Part shown: positions 39,395 through 53,546 of the stretch, piece after piece | How positions within the stretch are numbered: position 1 is the stretch's first letter | Layout of the letters: the number at the start of each line of letters is the position of its first letter | Position numbers and translations under genes: made by a program | Source of the DNA: Octopus vulgaris | Lineage: Eukaryota | Direction of reading: 5' to 3' | NCBI GenBank assembly: GCA_951406725.2 | Contig: OX597821.1 | Span: 59,148,001 to 59,212,000, forward strand | Length of the DNA stretch: 64,000 bases | Notes under the pieces: generated by a model | Seen by the model: only the letters and a program-made list of their open reading frames with translations | The model's database searches: none | Told to the model about the DNA's origin: nothing

Positions 39395-40828
39395 TTCCAA
39401 AGCGTTGGGTTCTTTCTACAACCCATCTCAGTTCAACTCCCTTCCTTCATTCACCACGCCATATGGACTTCTGACGCTCTCTCGACGGTTCCTCCACTAC
39501 TCCTTCGACAACATGATTTATTAGTTTTCACTCAAGTGACACCACTTTCTCTTTCCCCTTCTCTCTGACAAAGAGCTAGGACCCAAAATAGCAATTTTTC
39601 TCCACGCCGCAATTGGGTTGATCCAATGATGAAGCCTTTATGTGGCAGCTAGGAATAGCAACCAAAACTCCCCACTAAACACAAATGTATCCTACCGTCA
39701 TACAAAGAAAGGTTATATTGAATTATTTATGTCGAAAGATACTGTTTTGTCTTAAGGCCTGGACACGGGCCTATGCATAATTCTAATCTATGTGTGCTGT
39801 GGCGTGCTGTCAATAAATAAATATTACAGAGCCCAGTGCATTCATTTGTCCGAGGGGAGGTGGGTGCTATACTGCCGCTAAGACGGTCCTGTCTTCATAT
39901 AAGTAAGCATGACGTCAACGAAAGAAATATTGGACTGGGGGGAAAATGAATTAGCAAGGTGATGCAATTTTTCAATAATGAGACTTAAAGAAAATATAAA
40001 TTCACTTGACTATTTATGTATCTCTACACTCGCCTATCTTTTCCCGTTGTCCATCTATCTGTCTATCTAACTAGCCATCCATCCATTTATCTATCTATAT
40101 CTGTATGTATATAAATGTGATAAAAAATAATGTCGTGGCCAGTATTACTATTGACTGTCCAAAGGCAGAAAAATATTATTAACTGACTCTGATCTTGCTT
40201 AGTTAGAGAGACTGTAATCTCTACGGTAAAATAATTAACAATAAAGACTGAATCACTGAATAATGATGCGCTGTGAATTGAAGTAGAGAAACAAATCTTT
40301 CGTCTGAACAGAAACGTGAGGCAAAGAATTATTTTTAACAGATGAGGTTTTGTAGCGCAGACTTATTGATCAAAGACATTTCAATCAAGACCATTGTTTT
40401 CTTAAGGGGGATTGTATGCCTACATCTTTTATTCTTTTAAATGTAGTAATTATGATATGTCCTCTCTCTTTGAAGATCTGACGTGATCTGACGCAGATTT
40501 GTCACCTGCTTCTAGGAGGTTGGTCGACCATGTAGGGTCTTACATAATGGCAAAATAATTATAGTTTAGGGCCAGACCTAGGGTTGCTGGCACCCTGGTA
40601 ATCTAGATTTCAGTGCCCTTGCAAGTGTATGTATATTTTTTTGTTTTCAGCCGAGAAGCTTGCTTTGCAACCATGTGGTTTTGCCATCAGTCCCACTGCG
40701 CGGGTATCTTCTATTACAGTCGCCAATTAACCAATGCCTTGTGAGTAAATTTGGCAGGCGGGAACTGTAAGGCCCGTTGTACACATACATCTCACACATA
40801 CACACAGACGTATGTATATATACATTTG

Positions 40829-40879
<51 letters not shown>

Positions 40880-40880
<1 letters not shown>

Positions 40881-41070
40881 GTTGGAATTTACAAAAGAAA
40901 AAGAAACAAAAGACAATAACAGGTGTATAAACAACAAACACGTGTATTAGTTTAACGCCCGGGAAGGTGAGAAAGTCTTTTACGTTTCGAGCCTAGTCTC
41001 TTCAACGAGAAAATAAACAAAGAGAGAATTAAAAAAATTTTAGTGGCTAGCGGTCGACTATGGTCGATCA
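40880..41070 (-). mobile_element. PLE-like terminus inside a SINE A copy (head 40650-40780, tail 41210-41405)
   Basis: Minus strand reads ttgaagagactaggctcGAAAcgTAaaag...cccgggcgttaaactaatac, similar to the 63.6-kb terminus. Confidence 0.6.
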
Positions 41071-41085
41071 TATATATATATATAT

Positions 41086-41174
<89 letters not shown>

Positions 41175-41631
41175 GAGAGGGAGAGAGAGAGAGATAAATA
41201 GATGCATAAAGTGTCTTTTTCTTTAGCTTTCCAATGTCGATTTGTTTACGTTCCCGTAACTTAGCAGCTCAGCGATAGAGAACGATAGAATCAGTACCAG
41301 ATTTAAAGAGTAAGTACTGGAATCAATCTGTTCGACTAAAAATCCTTAAGGAGGTGTCCTAGCATGGCTGCTGTTCAATGATTGGTGACAAATAAAAGAT
41401 AAAAGTTAGCCTAAAGCTCCCCACCAGAAAAAGGAAAATGAAGAAGGAATAGATGAATAAGTGTTCTTTTTCCAAGACTAAAATTATACTGGCTTCAAAT
41501 TTTGGCACAAGGCTGGTAAGTCTGGAGGAGGAGGGAAAGTCGGTTACGTTGACTTCAGTCCCCAACTGGTACTTAATTTATCGACATCGAACGAACGAGA
41601 GCTAAAGTCGACCTCAGCGGAACTTGAACTC

Positions 41632-41785
41632 GAATCCAGGTAAAAATTAAAAAAATATCACAGGAAAAATAAGTCACGGTAATAAAATCACAAGGGTTTT
41701 GTCGGGGAGGGGGTCCTATTGGGGGCTATCCGGATCCCATAAATTAATTGTGACTTTTTTCCTGTGACTTTTATTATTGCTCAGC
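41632..41785. mobile_element. Mutator-like MITE inserted into a SINE B copy
   Basis: 9-bp TSD cttgaactc / tttgaactc; inverted subterminal tcacaggaaaaataagtcac / gtgacttttttcctgtga. Confidence 0.6.
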
Positions 41786-42306
41786 TTTGAACTCAGAGCT
41801 TAAACATGGGTGAAATACCCCGAACCGTTTTGCTTGGTACGCAAGCAATTCTGCCAACTCGCCACCTTAAAGGTAATTCTATATTGTTAACTATAAATAG
41901 TGTTCCAATTCGCAACCATTTTCAGTTTACCGATCATAACATACCAATTCATTTTCTTAGACCTCGTGATTCATATCAAAGATACCTCCTTCGACCAAAT
42001 GTGTCTTTTTGACAAGCTTTCAAGTGGCCGCCTTAAACCGCAAACGATAAACTCATTTAAAAGACTTGAGGATCTTAAGACAGTAACACGAAACTGACAC
42101 TTTCCCTTTTGATTCACACATTCTTGCATCTAAAGTCGACGACTTTCTTTGTGCTCTCACTCACACATTTTCTCTCTCTCCCCCTTTCACCCTCTCTATC
42201 ACTCTTTCTGTAGACAACCTTCACATTTCCTACAACGCTCACCTACGCATTAATTAGGAATAAACTTGATTTCCCATACCAGATTTCACATTTTGTTTTC
42301 ATTTCA

Positions 42307-42688
42307 TTTTACTCTTTTACTCTTTTACTTGTTTCAGTCATTTGACTGTGGCCATGCTGGAGCACCGCCTCTAGTCGAGCAAATCGACCCCAGGACTTAT
42401 TCTTTGTAAGCCTAGTACTTATTCTATCGGTCTCTTTACCGAACCACTAAGTTACAGGGACGTAAACACACCAGCATCGGTTGTCTAGCGATGTTGGGGG
42501 GACAAACACAGGTATACAAACATATACATATATACGACGGGCTTCTTTCAGTTTCCGTCTACCAAATCCACAAGGCTTTGGTCGGCCCGAGGCTATAGTA
42601 GAAGAGACTTGCCCAAGGTACCACGTAGTGGGACTGTACCCGGAACCATGTGGTTGGTAAGCAAGCTACTTACCATACAGCCACTCCT
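42307..42688 (-). mobile_element. SINE family A, full-length, young
   Basis: Close reverse-complement match to 59611-60218, with a (gagtaaaa)n tail. Confidence 0.92.
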
Positions 42689-42772
42689 TGTTTATTATAT
42701 TCATTTTTTTCTAAGTGTTTGGAATATCCTTGATTTTTGATGTAGTGCTCCCTAACATGTGATGCCCTAAAC

Positions 42773-43284
42773 GCGAATTTTTTTCCCACGAGAGTTCCGG
42801 ACCCCAGCAATGAACTCATTTGCATACAGCCAATCAGAGCTCACCTTGACCTTATTGTCAAGTTAACAAACACACTCTACCAAGTAAATTCAAGACGAAG
42901 AACTGTGTTGCAAAGGAGACAAGTAATTTGATAGATTTGTATCTATACCTATTATCGGATTTTGTTAGGGTCCCATATGGTAAAGATGTGGATGGGGAAA
43001 GCGTGGGTAGAGGGTGATGCGCTAGCAAACCCCTCCCCTTACTGTTTTACAAAGTAAACAACAATACAAATAATTACGCAGTGGTAGCCATGGTCGAAAC
43101 AAGAACAAAAACAACAAGCAATATTTAAAGGAAAAAGAAGCATGGTCATTCCTCATCCAAGTGACCTTATTTTATTGTCCATCATTTATGCGTTCTTGAA
43201 TTAATTTGATAGTTGAGCTCTGATTGGCTGTATGCAAATGAGTTCATAACCGGGGTCCGGAACTGTCGAGGGAAAAGATTTCGC
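42773..43284. mobile_element. Mutator-like non-autonomous element with TIRs of about 70 bp
   Basis: gcgaa...gttccggacccc...atgaactcatttgcatacagccaatcagagctca is mirrored at 43213-43284. 9-bp TSD gccctaaac / gccctgaac. Confidence 0.8.
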
Positions 43285-43684
43285 GCCCTGAACGAGAGTC
43301 CAAGATGACGGCAGCTTCAGCCGGCGCCGATACGGTTGAAGAGTTTAATGAAGATTAAGATGTAAAAAGAACAATAGAGAGATCATAAGCCAGAAAAACA
43401 GAGTGAAGACAAAAGCAAAGGAGAACATCCCATCAAAGCAATTACAGTGTGGAAAATATATTTTTCATTAAAAAAAAAGCAATATCTGTTAACTTCACTG
43501 AATCATTTATTGGTTTGGTGTTAAATTTTTCGTCGTACCAACTGCGACCTGGTCACTGATGCAATTTGGTTTGTGGTGAGATTGTTGGTTGGTAACTAAA
43601 GGTTCCAAAATTAAAAAAACTTCTTACAATGGGCGTTCATTGTTGGTCAGCTAACTTGGAATTTGGTTGTATTTCATTAAAGGA

Positions 43685-43896
43685 TTACTCTTTTACTTGT
43701 TTTAGTCATTTTACTGCGGCCATGCTGGAGCACCGCCTCTAGTCGAGCAAATCGACCCCAGGACTTATTCTTTGTAAACCTAGTACTTATTTTATCGGTC
43801 GCTTTTGCCGAACAGCTAGGTTACGGAGACGTAAACACACCACCATCGGTTGTCAAGCGGTGTTGGGGGACACACACACACAAACATATACACACA

Positions 43897-43952
<56 letters not shown>

Positions 43953-44116
43953 CGGCAGGCTTCTTTCAGTTTCCGTCTACCAAATCCACTCACAAGGATT
44001 TGGTCGGCCCGAGGGCTATAGTAGAAGACACTTGCCCAAGGTGCCACGCAGTGGGACTGAACCCGGAACCATATGGTTGGTAAACAAGCTACTTACTACA
44101 AAGACACTCCTTCGCC
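43685..44116 (-). mobile_element. SINE family A, full-length
   Basis: Same structure as the 42307 copy, with an expanded internal microsatellite. Confidence 0.92.
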
Positions 44117-44179
44117 TATACAATAAATTGATACAAATAAATATACATACATGAATGCGTATAGAAGTATGTGCGTGCG

Positions 44180-44247
<68 letters not shown>

Positions 44248-44720
44248 CGTGTGTGCAACAAAACCTCCATAAACTCCCTCAACAAGTCTGACACCTACCT
44301 GGACTAGAGTCTCATTGAAGGACAACTCTGAAACAACGAAGACACAAAATACAAAAGATTCACACTACATTAAACGTATACACTCCATCGTCAACTGCCA
44401 AACGGATATTACTATTGTTTTGACACCTGGACAGTATTATTTAATCTAGCAGTGTCAATAGTATCAAAATCATAAATGCTGCCTGCGAATTAATAGACAA
44501 GGTGTAGCAGCCAAACATAAAAACAATATATTCATCATGTTGATAAGTCGTCACAGACCTGATTAAAAATCTAATAATAAAGTATACAAAACAAACCAAA
44601 ACGGACATTGCCACCCGAAGCACAGTAGAACTTAAGGACTATAAAACGAACTAAACGTAGTAAAGTTATTAGACATAATCAAAAAATATATGTTGCAAAC
44701 ACAAAACTGAAAATAATGAT

Positions 44721-45077
44721 AACAAGAGCACTCAGAGAGCGCAAGCCTCCACCAAGGCAACACAAACGTCTTCTCAACTATTAGCCAGAGGTGATTTTTA
44801 AAATGAGAATATCTGAAATAAACTCGACTGCTCTCAAAAGCGAGAATACTAAAAATGAACCCGACCGCTCTAAAAAAATTAATCCAGAATCCTTGTCCGG
44901 TATCGAATCGATCTCAAAATCTAATCAGTTCGTGCCACTCACGAGGTCAAACATCCCTGAAAGTTTCATCCGAATCCATCGAGTGATTCTTGAGATATCT
45001 TGTCCACGGACAGACAGACAAACAAACAAACGCGACTGAAAAAAATCCCCCCACTTTCGCTAAGGCGGAGGTAATAA
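44721..45077. mobile_element. Helentron-associated (HINE-like) non-autonomous element
   Basis: End hairpin gcactcagagagcgc, asymmetric subterminal inverted repeat cctccaccaagg / taaggcggagg, and an internal (GACA)n(AAAC)n tract. Confidence 0.6.
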
Positions 45078-45526
45078 ATCAAGGAATAATTATTCTCGGA
45101 CGTAATCAAATAGATTAAATAAAAAAGATGCAGCAATAAACATTACCATTTGATGACCAATGAAATACGATTAAAACAAAAATTTAAAATTAAACGAACT
45201 AAACTTGTGTGTGTGTGTGTGCATGTGTGTGTGCATGTGTGTGTGTGTGTGTGTGTGTGTATGTGAGCGTGTGTGCGTGTATGTGTGTGTGTGTAGCGTT
45301 TGACTTAGTGGTTAGGGTATTGCGCTCATGATCGTAAGATTGTGGTTTCAATTTCTGGTTCGGGTGATGCGTTATGACCTTGAGTACAACACTTCATTTT
45401 ACGTTACGCCAGTCCATTCACCTGGCAAAAAATAACAATCATGCTACGGAGCAAATTACACTACAGAATCTGGGAAACTGGTATTACGAAACTCTGGCTC
45501 GAGAAGGACATTTGATCATTGACAAA

Positions 45527-45632
<106 letters not shown>

Positions 45633-48600
45633 TGTTTGTGTGTGTGTTTGTGTGTATGTGTTTGTGTGTGCGCATGTGAAATAAATCAATAACAAAAAAG
45701 AAAATCAATATATCAAAAAAGTGCAAGAGACGTTTACAGTTAATTTCAAAGAGAAAAAGGTATAACGTAAAAGTTATAGAATGAAAGTATAACGTTTCGG
45801 ATATAGTCCTTCGTCGGAAGTGGATAAAGACAGGAGGAAAAGAGATGAGAAAAGAAGAAAGAGACTGGAAGAAACACGTTCGATCTCGGTCTAACTGGAA
45901 ATGTAAGAAGTAATCGTGGTTTTCAATGACAAGAGAATGCCTCTCGATGTGTGTGTGTGGGTGTGTGTGAATATGTGTATGTGTGAGTACGCGCCTATAT
46001 ATAAGGTTACATATGTATATAGCGCCTACATACATATTTACACACACACACATAAACACGTTCCTGGCAATTGGTATTCTCAAACATATATACACATATT
46101 TACAAATATACACACATACATACAAATATATATATGCACATACACTATCTTTATTTACTTGCCTGCCTATTTGACATCTAGTCTTTCCTTCTGTCTATCT
46201 TGCTATTTATCTATCTTTCTTTCTTCCTGTCTATGTATCCATCCATCCATCCAGCTATTTATCTTTGGCCATAGTTGAACTGTGTTGAATGTTAACAACA
46301 GTCGTATAATTTGCTTAACTCATTTGAATGGTGATCGTGTCCAGCATGATCGTTTAGTCATGGATAAGATGCAGTTTTCGAAACGGCGGGTTTGTAGCAA
46401 ATCGAACTGCTTTATCAAGTAACCAAAATACCAGCAGAAAATGTCAACACCCAAACATCGCCAACCTAGATACACACACACACAAAGCTATGCAAAAAGT
46501 TTTATGATGGCCGCCCTGTCCATCGTAAGTGTGAAAGCGTGTATGCTTGCATACGTGTATGTTGTATATCTAATGTGTGTGTGAGTGTGTACTCCTTCCT
46601 CACTCCTCTCCTTTTCCCGTCGGTTTTTGCACCTAAGCGAATGGAATTTTCACCTTGCAGCCGGTGTGTAAAGAGATCACTGTAAAAGTCAGCTGCTGTT
46701 AAGAATAAGGGGGAGGCTAATGTTACTGTCTGGGGGTGGAGAGTAATCATAATTTTGGCCCGGGCCCAGCAAAGTTTAACTAACACTGTTGGCTGTCTAC
46801 GCTTTACAACGCCCTTTAATGTTATTTCCGCCTTCTGATCCAGAAATTACACCACACCTCACTCATTTTCCCCTCTCTTACCCTCTTAATTTTCCGCTCT
46901 CTTAACCTCTTCCCCATACTAAGTATTTATACCTCCACTTTCTTCCACTGTTCTTTTCCCGCTCTCAGCCCATTCTGACATTAATTTCTTTTCTCTCTGC
47001 CCTCTATTTTCTCATTTATCTCGTTTCTCTTTCCTCTCTAATTCCGTTCTATTTCTCCCGCTTCTTTTTAGTCTGAATCCTCCTCGCCACTTCGCTCATT
47101 TCTTCTTTCTTTCTTCGCTTTTCTCATTTTCGCATAATTTTTATATTTCAACATTGTCCCCACTTTACACATCCAGTGTTCAGATTTTTTCCTCCTTTAT
47201 CAGTTCTCTCTTTCCTTCTCCTTATTTCCTCTTTTCTTCTTTTTTTTTCGTCATCATTCACTTTCTTTTGTACTACTGTCTCTTTAATCCCCATTACTCC
47301 TGTCTTCTAATCACTCTCTATCTTTCTCTTTCTCTCTCAATCATTGTCTTTCCTCTCATTAACATTCATCCACTTTTCATTTTTTCCTTCTCTCCTTCCC
47401 TTGATGTTTTCTCACACCCTTTGAAAATATCTCCAAATCGTCTTGCCTGTATCAACGGTCTCCATTAAGCCACTACCATTTGTTTCCTACTACCACCACC
47501 ACCATCATCACCGCTGCATGCATACGTAGTTGACTGCCACCTTTCTTCTTTCGCTCCTTTCAACTCCGCCCTGTCTTCTAGTTTAACTTCCCTCGTTTTA
47601 TCTTGTTTCTCTTATTGTTTTGTTTAAAGCTTAATCTCGTACAATTTTCTTTAACATTCTAACATACAACAATGCTAGACGTATTCGATAGTGTTTGACA
47701 AATTCTCGGTCTAAATTTGAATATAAAATTTTTCTTCAAATTTCATTTTCCTTCTCGAAATAGTGAAGATCATTACGAACAACAGTTCGCAGCATTTCAT
47801 TCAAAATACTATCATAATGATAACAATGACAACCCCCTGCACATCTACACCTACAAAATTGCCACCGCCACCACCACCACCACCTCCACCACCACTCGAT
47901 ACATACTATTGCTAACACTACTAACAAATAAACATTAGAGCTAGCTATACACAATGGATACTATGTATATCCAACGTTCGGTACTATTTTCTCCTCTCTA
48001 ACACAGCTACTATCAAAAATAATTCCACCACCATTACCACCACCGTTGATACCACCGCCACCATTGAGAGCATTAACTTTCATTAGCTAAAGTGGGAGGC
48101 CTCTTGGTGATCGGTCGATCTGCTAGAAGTAGCAACCAATCCCTCGAACCACACACTATTTCTTTAAAAGGCAATAGAACATGATAATGTCAAAAAATAA
48201 AGGCGGGAAAGGCATGGTCGGAACCCCTTTGATCATAGGCTTGCTTGATTAGATCTATGAACAATTACTTTCACAGCTTCATCACCTATACTCCCCACTA
48301 CCATCGTTAAGTACAATCACTGCCAAACCTCCACCATCACCAGCATTATCATCATCATCAATCATTAGCACCACCATTATCCATTAGTATAGTGACAACA
48401 TGAACCACAATGTCATAACCATTCACTATATTACCTGCGATAGATATGAGACTGGGAATTTTTTTAAGGGATTTATTCTGGCATTCATTATTTCAACACA
48501 ATGAGACATTAGCAGTAAATTTGCAATTCTCACAAACATCAAATCAAATGTTGGCCTCGCCAAATAATGTCCTGGAAGAAAGGCGTGAAGCTCACAGCTT

Positions 48601-48713
48601 CAATTTTACTTCCTCTAGCTATAGTTGAGGCTTTGAGTGCTTCTGTGGGAATGCAATAATAAAGAATCGCTAATGAAATCATGAAATCACAACTTCTAAT
48701 CAAATAGATAGCT

Positions 48714-48830
<117 letters not shown>

Positions 48831-48891
48831 CAGACAGACTGAGACAAACAGACGGACAGATAGATAGATAGATAGATAAATTGATATATAT

Positions 48892-48988
<97 letters not shown>

Positions 48989-50374
48989 CAAACAGACAGA
49001 CAGATAGTTAGATAGACAGATAGATAGATATGCTTGTATTTGTGTATTAATATGTATGTGTACGTGTGTTTGTGCATGTCTATGTCTATGTGTATATGTA
49101 TATGTTCTAGATCTACGTAAGCATGCAGTTCGTATTTGTTTAATATGAGGAGACTTCGACCTACATAATAGTACATTATTTAGTCTTTATCGCTAAGGTT
49201 AGCAGCGATCTCTGGTTCCTGCAATTGTCTAAGCATACGTAGTTAGTTGCAGGCTTCGCTGAGAAATGTCTGAATGATGCCGTCAGACAATGGCCTGAAC
49301 CAACATTCATAAGCTAAATAGCTCACTCGAAGACGTGTGTCTCTCCCATAATGGTTATAATGACGGACATCCTCTTGCAATCAGCAGCAGAAGCGAAGCT
49401 TTAAATTCTTCTACTTTTCATCACCGCCTCTTTCCGTTTTCGCCTGCATCACCACCATCTATTTTTTTTTGCTTTTCCTGTTTTCTTCGTTTTCTTTCTC
49501 TTCTCCTTGCTTTTCTCCCTTCAAAACGTTTCTCTGCCTTTTCCTAGCTCCTCTATTTTCCTTCTCGCTTTTTCGGTGGTGTCCTAATAATCTTCTTTTA
49601 TCTGTTTGCTTTCGGTTTTTCTTTTTCTTTGTCTTCTTCCTCCTTTCTTTTCACGCTAACTCTTTTTCTTTCGTGTTCACTCCTTTCCTCTTTCGACAAA
49701 ACCAGCTTTCTTTGACACTGTCTCCTTCATATGAAAAGAAGTTCCTGTCTCTGTCACTTTGCTATGACAATGGCAAAGAGAGTCTTTTAATTCTCATTGA
49801 CCAAGTCCATTAAAACGGCCGATGTGACAGTGCACTAGACAATCAGGGGAAAGCCAGACTTTCGTATCTGAATCCACGACACAAATCTCAACGGTCTAAT
49901 TTACTTGGCTCAAAGTTATTTAATCTCAGGTCAGACAATGAAAGACAATCAAGCCATGGCTATCGTGTTGTTTTCCTTAAGCAAATTGTAACTATGACTC
50001 TATCATTCAATGTAACATCCTTTTTTTTGAAAGATAGTATCTTTTATCTTTTACTTGTTTAAGTCATTGGACTGTGGCCACGCTGGGACACCTCTTTGAC
50101 GGGTTTCAGATCCTACAACTAATTTTAAATCTGGTACTTATTCTATCGTTCTCTTTTTGCCAAACCGGGAGCGGGAGGGGACATGCGCACGCGCGCACAC
50201 AGACACAGACACACACACACACACACACTCACACACATGAAACTGACATCGTGGGTCGAGGAACACTGTCATATCACTTGTCTTATTGGGGTCAATCTTT
50301 AGTAATACTGGTAAGATCTGCCTTAATGATAATAATAATAATAATAATAATGATAATAATAATAATAATAAGAA

Positions 50375-50405
<31 letters not shown>

Positions 50406-51526
50406 AAGAAGAAGAAGAATGGTTTTTGATAACGTTTATTGCAAATATACAATATGAGAAATTTCTTTTATTAAATTCTTTTATTAAATAAATATTTCTA
50501 TTTTTGAAAATTAATATTCATTTCACTGAGAAAGTGATGAAATTTGTCTCTCATCTATTTAATCCCACATAATTCTACACCCTTAGCCAGAAGTCGGATT
50601 TGACAGGTTCGGATGAACCTCTCCGTCGCTCTATGCAAATAAAAGAGACCTATAGGATAAATACTAGGCTTACAAAGAATAAGTCCTGGGGTCGATTTCT
50701 TCGACTAAAGGTAGTGCTCCAGAATGGCCGCAGTTAAATAACTGAAATAAGTAAAAGAGCAGCCCAATGACACTGTGGTTCGTGAGTTATATATGAGTTC
50801 TATAATAATTCCAAAAGAGAACAGTTTTATTAATAATAAAGGTCTTTGGCTTGTGGCATGTTTCTTTTCTTCCGTACCATACTGTACATGGGTCCGTTCC
50901 CTTGGCGGTTCCTGTAGTATACAAGTTTTCCTGCGAAAAATTATTGCTAGCTCAACTCTTCTTCGTCTTTGGATAATAGGATATTGTGAATGGCTCTAAC
51001 ATAAACCTTCCCACTGTACAAGAATGAGCCGATTTACATACATATTTACTAGTTGTATGTAAATGGTAAGAGGTTAGCGTGACGCTGCATATAGCAGTCG
51101 GAGATGGATTGAAATTAATTATCGAAAAAGAAAATGGTTTATACTTATCATAAATTTTATTCTACTCTTATGAAGTTTTTCACGACAACAACGCGCTGGA
51201 AATAAATACAAGTGTTAGTTGGTTACTGGTACATTATTGGTACCAGTAACCGACTATCGATGTTGGAAGTAGGAAAGATAAAGCTGACCTCGGTGAAATT
51301 TGATCTCAGATCTTAGAGAGCTGGAACGTAGTCTTCTAAATCTATTAAATCGTGAAGTCGAGAGGATCTTTATTTCCTATATTATAGAGTTAGTGATAAA
51401 TAAATAACTTAATAACTTAAGTATAAAATAATGTGACTTATACTTGAGTATAAGTCACACTATTTTATACTTGATTTTAACTGAAAAAAACAAACAAACT
51501 GGGGTGCGATTTACACACAGGGCAAA

Positions 51527-53231
51527 TCGTTCAGATGAACGGTTTGTTTTCGGAACCGTTCTGTATCAAGCGCTCGATTCGTCAAGGATGTCAACTCTCC
51601 TCCCTTCTATATGTGCTGGCTCTCGAGCCCTTACTACGGAAGTTGGAGGCTATGGAGTGACGTCCTGCGAGATCTGGGTTGTGAAAGATCAGTGACGGCG
51701 TACATGGATGACATCATCGTCATCGTATTTGAGGCTAAACACCTACAGTGGGTAGGTAAAGCCGTTAAATAATATGAGGCGGTAGCAGGAGCAATTATTA
51801 ACCGGGAAAAGTCGGTCGGCTTTCAGCTTGGCACCTGGAGAGGCAAGTCGGTGCCGTCCAATAGCGACGTCGGATGTTGGACGGACGATCCGGTGAAAAT
51901 GCTCGGGGTCTGGTTTGGTCCAGACCTCCAGTCAGAGAAAAATTGGAGCGGGGTCACAAGCAGGGTGGTCCATCTAACCCAGATCTGCTCTGGGCGATGG
52001 TTAACCCTAAAAGGGAGGGCGGAGGTCGCAAATGTGTTTATCGCATCTGTGATCGCCTACAGCCTAACCTTCGTACCTTGCCCCGATTCGTGGCTAAGCA
52101 AGTTGGAACGATTGCTCTTCTGCTTTTTGTGGAAGGGCAAAGGGCCTCTTGTAAGGCGCTCTATCTGTTGCCAACAACCGTTAAAGGGTGGGCTAGGGAT
52201 GCCTTGGCTGATGATGCGCAAGCACGCGCCGAGGCTAAGACATCTTTGGCTTTATCTGGATGGTGAATGGGTGTGGTCTCCGTTCGTCAAACTGATACTT
52301 CCTAGGTTCACTAATTTTAGTGAACTAGAACCATGGAAAAAAAAAAGAACAAAGTTGGGTGCTTGGCAGGCACGGGTAATGCTTGTAGCGTGGGTTCCAC
52401 CTCGTCATTCTACAAAGGGTTGGTAGAAGCCAAGTGTGATGACGCCCTGGCAGACATCCTGGGCTTCGAAGATGGTCCACTGGCTAGCCTGTTCCCAAGA
52501 ATATTTGGGCCGGGGCCCTTGGACAACTTCCAGAGGTCCCTAGCCTGGTAATGTTACCGAGGAGTCTTACCAGTTCATGACAAACTCTCAAGGCACCCAA
52601 GATGTGGGTGGGACAGCGAAACTGTTCCGCACGCATGTGTGCAGTGTTCGGGGATTGCAGTGCTGTGGGTTTATGTCGAACGACTGCTGTCACGTTTGGG
52701 AGTCAGTTATAAAGATTCCGAGTCTTCCGAGTTGGTTATAAAGATTGCTTAACCCTCCTCTCTGATCAGAGAAGGAAAGGTTTGTTTTCTCGTAGTGGTC
52801 GCTATAGCGAAATAGGCTATCTGGAGAACACGAATGAAAAGATTGGTGACAGGTATCTTCATCTCTAGCCAAGGATTGGTGAACTGTTTTGTTCTCCTTC
52901 TACCAAGGAAAATAAGGCTAGAGAGGAGGTGCCTTTCATTGGATACGTATGGTAAAAGATAGAAGCAAGTGGTATACATGTTGGGAATGAAAGGTCCTGC
53001 GTGAGTGTAAACCACAAAAGGTAAGTAAAAAGGCCCAGTGGAGGAACGTGGCTTGAGGGGTTGTACCCCTCCCCCTACTTCATTGTACAGTCGTATTGTT
53101 TGTTTTTTCATTCGATTTAATGCCATAAATCTTTAACTGTACACTTCAGTGTTGTTTCATCCGTTTCCCGACCCCGTGTTCATATTGTACTGTCTCCTCT
53201 ATGTTTAGCCCTTATGGCTTGAATAAAATAC
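51527..53231 (+). pseudogene. 5'-truncated Tx1 (L1-clade) LINE
   Basis: SIRQGCQLSSLLYVLALEPLL, AYMDD, INREKS, VKMLGVWF and KGGLGMP, with stops. TSD tta(c/t)acacagggcaaa at 51511-51526 and 53232-53247. Confidence 0.9.
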
Positions 53232-53546
53232 TTATACACAGGGCAAAACTAAAATATGAAAAAAGAAAAAAATTGTACCAAGATTTAACAGTAAATTAGG
53301 GACGCAACTTATACACAAGTAAATATGGAAAATAAATAGCATATTGGGGGCAAAAATAGAGTAATATATGGAAAATATGACTGATACTAATTCCAACTTC
53401 GTCAGTATTCCTCTCCTAGAATGGGAGTTGAGTGTTGTGAGAATTGTACAAAGAAGGAGGAGGAATTGTCAGTTTAATAAAATTAACAGTTTTTAACTTT
53501 TTAAAGTTTTCCAGCGTCGTGGCAAAGAAAGAGGAATTATATAAAT

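Noticed and set aside
49745-49785. Small hairpin as a pre-miRNA
   Set aside because: The stem is too short for a miRNA precursor.
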